Positions 8,409 through 15,979 of a DNA stretch of 15,979 nt are shown here, piece after piece. The position numbers and the translations under genes are program-made. The notes under the pieces were generated by a model. It did not search any database and was not told the origin of the DNA. It saw nothing but the letters and a program-made list of their open reading frames with translations. How positions within the stretch are numbered: position 1 is the stretch's first letter; the number at the start of each line of letters is the position of its first letter. This DNA comes from Myxococcota bacterium (GTDB lineage Bacteria > Myxococcota_A > UBA796 > GCA-2862545). The DNA is taken from assembly GCA_039208735.1 (NCBI GenBank), contig JBCCQY010000191.1, positions 1 to 15,979 of the forward strand, given 5' to 3'.

Positions 8409-9560
8409 ATGCGTCTGCTCGCTGTCGCCCTGTTCGCTGCATGCACCCCCGTTTCCGAGATCGAGATGCCCGACGACTCTGGCCTCGACACGGGCCTCAC
8501 CCCCGATCCGGAGTGCGTCACCGCCGAGGATTGTGATGACGGCAACCCCTGTACCGGCGAGGAGACCTGCTCGCCGGAGGGCAGCTGTGTCCCCGGCGAG
8601 CCCGTCGTCTGCGAGGCGCCCACCACTTGCATCGTCGACATGGGCGAAGCCGTCTGTGAGGTGGTCTGTGACCTTCCGCGAGCGCCGGTTCTCGATGTGG
8701 TCCGGCCCGAGGATGCGCTGGTGTTTTCGGGCATCGACGTGCAGACCGCCGTGATCGCGGTGGACGGTGACCCCGAAGACGCTGCCTGGGCCGACACCGA
8801 CACCGTCGATCTCGCGGGTGAGTCGGGTCTGGTCCGGGTGCTCGCCCGCTCGTTGGCCGAGGACTGCGACCCTGACGAGCGGTTCGACCACATCTACGAC
8901 GTTCGTGCCACGTACCCCGGGGCAGTCGACAGCCCCGACGACGTCTCCATCCCAAGCGACGATCCGGCCATCGTGGGCTGGGCGACCTCCGTGGAAGACG
9001 TCGTATACGGCGAGGCCGTCGACAAGACCTGGCGCGTTCCCGACAACGCTCTCGGCCCCGCCGAAGGCACCTCAACGGACGTGCTCGTCCTCGGCCGAGG
9101 CGGCCAGGTGACCCTGGCCTTCGATCCGCCCATCGCAGACGGTCCCGGCTTCGATCTCGCGGTCTTTGAGAACAGCTTCAGCGACGGGTTCCTGGAACTT
9201 GGCTTCATCGAGGTGAGCAGTGACGGCAGCACGTTCGTTCGCTTCGATTCTGCAGCGAACACCCCCAAGAAGGTCGGGCCCTTCGGCGAAGTCGACGCGT
9301 CGTCCATCCATGGCTTCGGGGGCGCCCATCGCCAGGGATTCGGCACGCCCTTCGACCTCTCCTGGCTGCGCTTCCACCCCGACGCGCGGTCCGGGCAGCT
9401 CGACCTGCAAGCTGTAGCCTACGTTCGGGTCGTCGATGTCGTGGGAGACGGGTCCGATCTCGACGCCTTCGGTCGCCCGATCTTCGACCCCTACCCCACC
9501 AGCGGCAGCGCCGGTTTCGACCTGGACGCCGTAGGGGTACTGAACCCGGCCGGCTTGTGA
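8409..9560 (+). CDS. Surface lipoprotein with Cys-rich repeat and C-terminal domain resembling the BtuH-type 'cell surface protein' domain
   Basis: GAGG before ATG 8409; [12 protein letters not shown] lipobox; [21 protein letters not shown] repeat. C-terminal [63 protein letters not shown]. Alternative start 8340 (ATGA overlap). Confidence 0.75.
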   Translation: MRLLAVALFAACTPVSEIEMPDDSGLDTGLTPDPECVTAEDCDDGNPCTGEETCSPEGSCVPGEPVVCEAPTTCIVDMGEAVCEVVCDLPRAPVLDVVRPEDALVFSGIDVQTAVIAVDGDPEDAAWADTDTVDLAGESGLVRVLARSLAEDCDPDERFDHIYDVRATYPGAVDSPDDVSIPSDDPAIVGWATSVEDVVYGEAVDKTWRVPDNALGPAEGTSTDVLVLGRGGQVTLAFDPPIADGPGFDLAVFENSFSDGFLELGFIEVSSDGSTFVRFDSAANTPKKVGPFGEVDASSIHGFGGAHRQGFGTPFDLSWLRFHPDARSGQLDLQAVAYVRVVDVVGDGSDLDAFGRPIFDPYPTSGSAGFDLDAVGVLNPAGL

Positions 9561-9602
9561 CGGCCTCGATCTGGGCCTGTGGTCCTGCACCAAGGAGCTC
9601 CT

Positions 9603-10706
9603 GTGTCCTCCGAACTTGCCGTGTCGTCCGCTGATCTCGATTCGTTCGCCCTCGTGCCCTTCTTCGAACGCTCTCTGAGCGAGTGGGCCCGCGACGTCTC
9701 CGCCACCATCGCGGCTGGCGATTGGCGGGATGGCACCGTGATGGAGCTCGTTGGTGCGACGAGCCTGCTGCCCGCTCGCTACGACGGCTGCTTCGAGGGC
9801 GTTCGCGAGTTGCGGGCGCAGGGCAGCGAGCACCACGCCCACATTGACCTCGGCCGGGTCCACTCCATCGAGTACGTGATTGCGCCCAGCGTCTGCCTTG
9901 GCTTTCGGCCGTCGCTCGAGGTCCGCTACCTCACCGCTGGGCCCGGCGGGAGTCGAACCGGAAGGGCGATGCTTCGCGCCTTGGTCAACTCCATCTACAC
10001 GAGCGACGGTGTGAATGGCGAAGCCGTGGCGAGCTGGTACCAACGTTACGCCCGCGACGTCGAAGAACAACCCGCCCGCGTCCGACTCGTTGTTGCGCCC
10101 GAGGCGTCAAGTGCCGCGGACGGCGCGGCGTTCCTGGATGCGCTCGCGAAGGCGTCCGGGACGTCGCTGAGCAACTGGTCGGATGCCCTGCGCGTGCTGA
10201 CTGCGGTCGAGAAGCCGTCAGCGGATCCTTCCCCTCCCGTGTTCCGCGAGCTCCTCGAGGATGCGATTGCGCTTCATGATGCGTCGCTCGTCATCTTTCG
10301 CCAACGAACGCTGGTCGAGTTCAAGACCGACAATCTGGCCGGGCTGTTCGAGTACACGGAGGGCGAGCACAGGTCATGGCAGATCGGTGCAGCCGATGCA
10401 CATCATTGCCACCTCGCCCTCAGCGCGGTGACAAGTGTGGAGTTCTCGGCCGAGATCGTGCCCTGTCAGGGCAACCGGCTCAACTACACCATCTGGTTTC
10501 TGGTGGCTGGCGGATCCGGCAACCCCTTCCGAAGCGACGGCTACTTCTCGGTCGTCCTGAATTGTCCGTACGACGGCGACCGCCCTCGGTGGGACGTCAT
10601 CCAACCGGTGTTCGACCTGTACGAGACGTACTCCGGGCACGAGTGGGTGCGTGCCGATGAGCGTTTTCAGCAGGCGCTCGTCGAATTTCGGCGCGGAGGG
10701 GAGTGA
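9603..10706 (+). CDS. Hypothetical cytoplasmic protein with two homologous HHxH-x17-C domains (possible HemS/ChuX-like fold)
   Basis: AAGGAG SD before GTG 9603. HHAHIDLGRVHSIEYVIAPSVCLGFR aligns ungapped with HHCHLALSAVTSVEFSAEIVPCQGNR. The fold assignment is inference. Confidence 0.75.
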   Translation: MSSELAVSSADLDSFALVPFFERSLSEWARDVSATIAAGDWRDGTVMELVGATSLLPARYDGCFEGVRELRAQGSEHHAHIDLGRVHSIEYVIAPSVCLGFRPSLEVRYLTAGPGGSRTGRAMLRALVNSIYTSDGVNGEAVASWYQRYARDVEEQPARVRLVVAPEASSAADGAAFLDALAKASGTSLSNWSDALRVLTAVEKPSADPSPPVFRELLEDAIALHDASLVIFRQRTLVEFKTDNLAGLFEYTEGEHRSWQIGAADAHHCHLALSAVTSVEFSAEIVPCQGNRLNYTIWFLVAGGSGNPFRSDGYFSVVLNCPYDGDRPRWDVIQPVFDLYETYSGHEWVRADERFQQALVEFRRGGE

Positions 10707-10756
10707 CCCCTCCGGGACCCGCCGCCCTGGTACCACGAACGAGCTACGTGTCGCCT

Positions 10757-11459
10757 ATGTCGGCATCAGATCCGTCTCCTTCCGTGGATTAGGCGGCGTA
10801 TCTCCCCCGCTCCTTTTGGGACCGGGTCGATTCGTTGCTCAACCCCACCCCGATATGGCAGTACATACGCTGGACGGGCCTGGCCGTGCTTGTTGCGTGG
10901 GTCGGCGTGACCGTCTGGCTAAGCGATGCGGGATGGTTCACCCTCATCACATGCATCGCCGCCTCGACCTTCATCCTCCTCGAGATCGAGCACCGTCGCG
11001 GCTTGGTGGATGGCCCATCGCCTCGCACGAGAGGTTGCCGCCATCGCCCAGGAAAGCTTGCGGACGTGCCGGCGGGTGGCCGAAGACCTGGATCGGATCG
11101 TCGAAGGGGACGCCACGGCACCCAGCGAGCAAGACCTCGTGAACGGGCTCTTCGAGCACGGGATTCGCCCCGGTTTGCGGGTGGCTCAACGGCGACACGG
11201 CATGTTCGGATGGATTTGGGGCGGCGTTCTGCAGCGTGCACTGCGCCGGATTCACCGCTCCATGGCGGCCGAGGCTTCGACCGAGCCATGGCAGGGAGCC
11301 TCTGAAGCGGCATGCGAGGCCGCGGCTTGGGTCCGGAACCTCGCCGCATGGGAAGACCGCCTTCGGCGAGGCAGCCGAGTCCTTCGCTACCATGTGATGT
11401 TTCCCGTTGCCCTTGCCTTCTTCCTCATCGTCGGGCTGCAGGTATTCCCGCTCGTGTAG
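10757..11459 (+). pseudogene. Disrupted membrane protein gene (in-frame TAG plus +1 frameshift) or sequence errors
   Basis: ATG 10757 reads MSASDPSPSVD*AAYLPRSFWDRVDSLLNPTPIW (TAG 10790-10792). The second TM segment (TCIAASTFILL) continues in the +1 frame as STVAAWWMAHRLARE near 10980-10990 and ends in a TM helix at TAG 11459. Confidence 0.6.
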
Positions 11460-11489
11460 ACGATCCAGGGCTTTGCGGCCGACAGCGGT

Positions 11490-11990
11490 GTGGAATGGGT
11501 CGAGGGGGTGGTCCAATCCGACACCCCCCTTCCTGAAGACCTGTGCGCCGTAGTCGTGCACTGCCGGGGTAGGGACATTCCACATGTGGCACCGCAGGCC
11601 ACGCTGCGTCGGACCGATGGATCCTCGGTCGACTTTCCCAGTGGAGACCTGCGCGCATCCCGTCTGGACAACTGGGATTCCGACGCATCGTGGGATTCCG
11701 GTCGTACATTGCGACCGGACTGGGTCCCCCAAAGCTGCCAGGCGAGCGCCTCGCGCTACCCACTCCCCTGTGGAACGCAGGCGCGCTGGGTAGGTCACGT
11801 CGAGTCGGGAACCCTCGTGTTCAGCGCTGCACCGATGGGACCCCTCATGCGAATTGGCGCTGCACTGGCCATGTTGTGGGCTCTCGAGCACCTAGGTTTG
11901 TTTCTGGCGACGCCCCTCGCCGTCTACTCGCTTTTTCGCTTGACCCTTTTTCTGATTGCGCAGGCGCGAGCCTTCGAGCGCGCCTCGTAG
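11490..11990 (+). CDS. Hypothetical protein with C-terminal hydrophobic segments
   Basis: Fills the gap before the convergent TetR gene; two C-terminal TM-like stretches; no clear SD, start uncertain. Confidence 0.45.
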   Translation: MEWVEGVVQSDTPLPEDLCAVVVHCRGRDIPHVAPQATLRRTDGSSVDFPSGDLRASRLDNWDSDASWDSGRTLRPDWVPQSCQASASRYPLPCGTQARWVGHVESGTLVFSAAPMGPLMRIGAALAMLWALEHLGLFLATPLAVYSLFRLTLFLIAQARAFERAS

Positions 11991-12054
11991 AAGTCCGCAC
12001 GGCACATCGCCATCGGCGGCGGCGTTTCCGAATCCCTGAAGCCGTGATTCCGTC

Positions 12055-12693
12055 CTACGGACGTTCGGGCTCGTCGCGAAGGGTGCCGACCGCGACCAGC
12101 GTCTGTCGAAACATCCCCGCCAAGGTCTGGCTTAGGTCCGCCACACGCGATCTCACCTGTGGGTCGGTGGCCACCTCGAGCCCCCAGACCTGGAGAAGGA
12201 GGACGAGAGAGCGCGTCACGTCGGGCGATGGAGGGACGACGCCCGCGGATTCGCACGCCCGCTCTACAAACGTGACGTGGCGTTGGAGCCGCCGGTGACG
12301 GCGAAGGGCCATCGGAGACCCCGGCCGCAGCTCCTCTCGATGCAGCGCGACGAGCAGTCCCCCCATCAACGCGGCGTCACTCAGTACTTCGTGTACGAAG
12401 CCGAAGAGCCAGTCACCGTTGGGGCTCGCTCCGATGAGCGCCGTCGTCAACCGTGTCGTGACGTGGTCCTCGAGTTCGTCGAACACCTGTGACAGCAATG
12501 CGTCGCGTGTCGCGAAGCATCGATAGAAGGTCTGCCGAGAGACGCCACTGGCTTCGACGATGTCCACGATCGAGATCCCTTCGACCCCGCGCTCGGCGAA
12601 GAGACGCCGCGCAGCATCCAGCAGCCGCCGTCGCTGCACTTCGATCCCCGGGCGCCGTTTACGCAAGGGATGCCCAAGACAAAACGCGTTCAT
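12055..12693 (-). CDS. TetR/AcrR family transcriptional regulator
   Basis: N-terminal HTH RRRLLDAARRLFAERGVEGISIVDIVEASGVSRQTFYRCFATRDALL; 212 aa. Confidence 0.93.
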   Translation of the reverse strand: MNAFCLGHPLRKRRPGIEVQRRRLLDAARRLFAERGVEGISIVDIVEASGVSRQTFYRCFATRDALLSQVFDELEDHVTTRLTTALIGASPNGDWLFGFVHEVLSDAALMGGLLVALHREELRPGSPMALRRHRRLQRHVTFVERACESAGVVPPSPDVTRSLVLLLQVWGLEVATDPQVRSRVADLSQTLAGMFRQTLVAVGTLRDEPERP

Positions 12694-12756
12694 CTAGCCG
12701 ATTTGGCATCTGCCACACGATGGGCCTCGCATGCTCCGCCCATAGCATCTACATCG

Positions 12757-14317
12757 TCAGTCCCACTGCCGTGACGTGCCGAACCAAAAGCGCACCTCGT
12801 CTTCGGACAGTTCGAACCTGCGCCCTTCGCTCGTCAAGCACGTCGTGTCTGGAGAGACATCCGGAGCGCCGGCCACTTGGGTGAGGATGGTGCGGCCGCA
12901 GCGCGACCCAAACAGGACAATGTGTCCTCCGCCAGGCTCCTCGACCAGGGGAACGCCAAGCTCCCGTGCACTTTCTCTCGCCCCGCTCAGGCCGGTCTGC
13001 GAATCGTACTCGCCGTGAAACATGTAGAGCCGCGTGCGTGATGGCAAAGCCCAGTCTTGGAGCAGGGGGTCGCGCGGATACACGTCCCACGTGGTCCGAA
13101 CCGCGGCAAAGGAGAATCGCACTTCGTCATCCACGAGGTAGCCCTCGCCGATGGCGCACAAGGTCGCCTCGTCTGGCGGCGGGTCCGGCCAGAGCTCGGA
13201 CAGCACCACGTGGAGCTGAAGTACGGACGAGGTCGCCTCCTCGGGATCTCGAAAGTCCCCAGGTGAAAAAGCTTGGAAACGGTAGGGGCCCTCCGACAGG
13301 GGACACTCCGCCGCCATATAGGGCATTCACACGTGTGACGAAGGCGAAGATCGCGTCGAGGTCAGACGCTTCGCACCGCTGGAGGCGAGCCAGAAGCGCG
13401 GGCAACAGGCGCGGCTCAGCGATCAGTGACACGTTGATGAGGTCGTCGAAGGCCTGGAGAGTCGGCAGCGCAGGCAGGCACAGCGTGCCTTCCTCGGCTT
13501 CGGTGCGTAGTGTGCGAAACACCGCGAAGGCGTCTTCGCCGACTCCAAGCTGTTCCGCGCAAATCGGGTCGTCCGCGCAGTCTGTGAGCACCCGACGAAG
13601 TGCCTCGTCGCGGGAGCCATCGAAGCGCGTGAAGGAGCAGAACTCCTGCATGCACGTCCCGTCTGTGAGTACCGCGTCCGCTTGGTCTGGAGCGAGCTGA
13701 AGGTAGCGTTGGGCCCAGTGGGACCCATAGGAGCCACCGTAAACGACGACACGCTGATTCGGAGCTCGAAGGCGGGCGATGAGCGACTCGAGGTCCGCGG
13801 CGGCCTCCGTGGTCGTGAACCCGTCGAGCCGGTCTCCCCAGCGCTCACGAAGTTCCCGCGAACAAGCAGCGCCGTAGCTTGCGAGGTCGGGCTGCCCGAT
13901 GGCTCCCGGACACTCCAGAAACTCCGAGTTTCCCGTGCCTCGGTGGTCAGGCATGTAGATATCGGCTTCGAGCCCGGCGTCGAGGAGCTCTGCGGCAACC
14001 TCGAGGAACGCGCTTCCGGCACCTCCGGGACCGCCGTTGAGCAACCATAAGGCGGTGCGATCTTCGCCCGCGCCGGGCATGCGCCACAGCCCGATATGCA
14101 GCGTCCCTGCACCTTCGTCATTGCGGACGGCCGGCACCTCGACCCACGCGCATTCGAGGGGGCGCTCGATGCCATCGACCGGGCATGCGTTGAAGTCGAT
14201 CGCGTGGTTCGCAAGATCACCCGAGTCCTCAGCTTGGCCCTCAGGCCTAGGACTACAAGCTGTCACAATCATGAAAGCCAACCATGCCAGCAGTACTTTA
14301 TTTCCTGCTTCCATCAT
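12757..14317 (-). pseudogene. TAP-like (S33-type) alpha/beta hydrolase lipoprotein split by a +1 frameshift
   Basis: GGAGG before ATG 14317; signal ending IVTAC. NGGPGG, DHRGTG.S, TTEAAADL and nucleophile YGGSYG lie in ORF 13127..14425. Putative catalytic Asp (HGEYDSQT) and His (GGGH) lie in ORF 12757..13326. Frame switch near 13266-13310. Confidence 0.8.
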
Positions 14318-14517
14318 GACTCGATCCTCCCAACTCAACGGGACGCATTGTATCATTAATGTTGAGTTGTCTCCGAGAAGACCGACGGCTTCACGCTCGC
14401 CATCGTCGAGGCCCCTCAGCACCACTGAGTCCTCGAATTTGGGCAGGACCCGGCGAGCAGCGACGGGAGAAGTGGAGGATAAAGAATTTATTTATCGATC
14501 GAAAAATCATGATGAAT

Positions 14518-14534
14518 ATGAGATTCAGTTGCAA
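14518..14534. promoter_or_regulatory. Putative Fur-family box upstream of the MxcI-like gene
   Basis: ATGAGATTCAGTTGCAA in an AT-rich patch (~14480-14540), 42 bp before ATG 14577. Shares ATG and AGTTGCAA with the 5418-5434 box. Confidence 0.5.
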
Positions 14535-14576
14535 TAGAGTGCCAAGGCTGGTCGTGGCCGGCAATCGGGAGATCAA

Positions 14577-15809
14577 ATGCAAGCAGATTGGACCATTCAC
14601 TCCGTAGCGACTGGGTTGTGCCTCCTGTTCGTCGGGGCATGCGCCGGGCCCCTGCCAGACGGGAACCCGACCACTACGCCGGATGCGGTGGTCGACGAAA
14701 CGGGGCCTCGATTCGCGATTGCGACATCGGTCTTCAGCACCCAAAGCTACGAGTTCATCGGCTACGTCGGCTTCGCCGAAAGCCTTGAGCGCGGCGAGGT
14801 TTTGCTCTCTGAAGCGCTCGAACTCCCTGGGGGTGGTCAGGTCTGGGGGGTGCCAGGCAGTGGTGTCATCTTCGTCACCGAACATGAGACCCAATCCGTC
14901 GGCAAGTTCGGCTTCGTCGACGGAGAACTCACTGAGCTTGGCCGCGTTGGCCTCTCGGGCGTGGGTGTCACAGTGCTCCTCGAGGAGCAACTGGTGTTCG
15001 ATGGTCCCGATCATGGCTACCTATTCGACCTGATTTCGGGTCAGATCGTGGAACTCGATCTCGAGGCGATGGAAATCCGGTCCACGACCGACATCGGTGA
15101 CCTTCTTGATGCTGATCTTTCGACATTCATCTACACATTTCAGGAGCGAGCTGACGGGCGACTGACGACCGCAACCTACGCGGTGGACCTCGCCGAAGAC
15201 CTCGTGTCCGACACCTCTTGGATCCTGGTGTTTGATCCGGCGACCGGAACCCTCGACCGTGTTGCTGCCCCTTGCGGAGGGCTCACATTCGCTGCGGAGA
15301 GCGCATCAGGGGACTGGTTCTACCTTTCCAACCCCTTCGTGGCCGGGGTCCATCTGCTCGACAGCTCACGTGCTCCCGAGCCTTGCATGGTGCGGATGCC
15401 CGCCGGTAGTGACCAACCTGATTCCCAGACGCTGGCTCTCAATGAACTCACCGGCGCGCCATCTGGGGGCATGGTCCCGATTGGAGATGGCCAGGTCTAT
15501 GTGAGGAGCTTGGACACTGAGACTTATCCGATCGCGGATACCACCACAGGCCTCGAGTTGTACACGATTCCCGCCTGGCGTACTTGGCGGGTCGACCTGG
15601 ACAACCCTACCAGTGCTGTCTTGCTAGACGTGCCTCCTCGTATCGGGGGCGTCTTTTTCCACACCGATGGGGAGTCGTTCTACGAGAACGACACCGTCGC
15701 GGACTTGAGTTCGTCCACCCTCGTCAAGGCCACGACCGACGGGGATGGCCCGCCAGGTTTGGTCGTACCGGGCGCTCCATTTACGCTAGCAGAGATGTAC
15801 AAGCCCTAA
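14577..15809 (+). CDS. MxcI-like lipoprotein (myxobacterial, associated with iron uptake loci)
   Basis: GGGAG SD; signal ending LFVGAC; acidic, beta-rich. Pattern FAIATSVF..YVG..SL..ALELPG..FV..E..DLEAMEI..APCGG..GDWFYLSN..EPCMVRMPAG recalls MxcI-family proteins. Confidence 0.7.
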   Translation: MQADWTIHSVATGLCLLFVGACAGPLPDGNPTTTPDAVVDETGPRFAIATSVFSTQSYEFIGYVGFAESLERGEVLLSEALELPGGGQVWGVPGSGVIFVTEHETQSVGKFGFVDGELTELGRVGLSGVGVTVLLEEQLVFDGPDHGYLFDLISGQIVELDLEAMEIRSTTDIGDLLDADLSTFIYTFQERADGRLTTATYAVDLAEDLVSDTSWILVFDPATGTLDRVAAPCGGLTFAAESASGDWFYLSNPFVAGVHLLDSSRAPEPCMVRMPAGSDQPDSQTLALNELTGAPSGGMVPIGDGQVYVRSLDTETYPIADTTTGLELYTIPAWRTWRVDLDNPTSAVLLDVPPRIGGVFFHTDGESFYENDTVADLSSSTLVKATTDGDGPPGLVVPGAPFTLAEMYKP

Positions 15810-15979
15810 GGGCTCGAGCGTGGCATCCAAAGCACTGACCCCTTCTGATATGTACGACCGGCTGTCAACCCCCTGACGTTCGCGGTGGTCCAGGCCCACT
15901 CGAGGCGTTCTGGAAGACAGGCGAGACGGGCAATATCGACGACGAGTCACTCTGATATTCGTGGGTTACGTCGTCGGAA

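Noticed and set aside
4583..10070. Long minus-strand ORFs (4583..5377, 4887..5774, 5882..7033, 9072..10070)
   Set aside because: Antisense to well-supported genes; expected artefacts of high GC.
10971..11891. 306-aa minus-strand ORF as the real gene of this region
   Set aside because: No motifs and shadow-like composition, while the plus-strand frames give coherent TM helices. Not fully excluded.
15810..15979. TGTCAACCCCC as an IS end, or the 3' end of a minus-strand gene ending at TGA near 15865
   Set aside because: No partner repeat, transposase or recognisable peptide; too little sequence to support either.

Overview
GC-rich bacterial window, probably Myxococcota-like (inferred from the lipoprotein signals, a Cys-rich repeat and an MxcI-like gene). 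The most notable gene is absent from the ORF track because it runs off the left edge: a minus-strand ORF starting at 2357 (>=785 aa, hand-translated). It encodes a lipoprotein with a cholesterol-dependent-cytolysin-like (CDCL) core fused to >=7 FG-GAP/VCBS-type repeats in place of domain 4. Next come a DUF3817 membrane protein, an apparently 5'-truncated glutaminase-type ankyrin tail, two conserved hypotheticals, and a translationally coupled FecCD/BtuCDF-type ABC importer. The importer is preceded by a tandem 17-bp Fur/Zur-like palindrome and followed by a BtuH-like surface lipoprotein and an internally duplicated HHxH-x17-C protein. The right part holds a doubly disrupted membrane-protein gene, a TetR regulator, a frameshifted TAP-like alpha/beta hydrolase lipoprotein and a divergent MxcI-like lipoprotein with a related upstream box. 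No RNA genes, CRISPR arrays or transposases were recognised. All family calls come from motif recall, not database searches.
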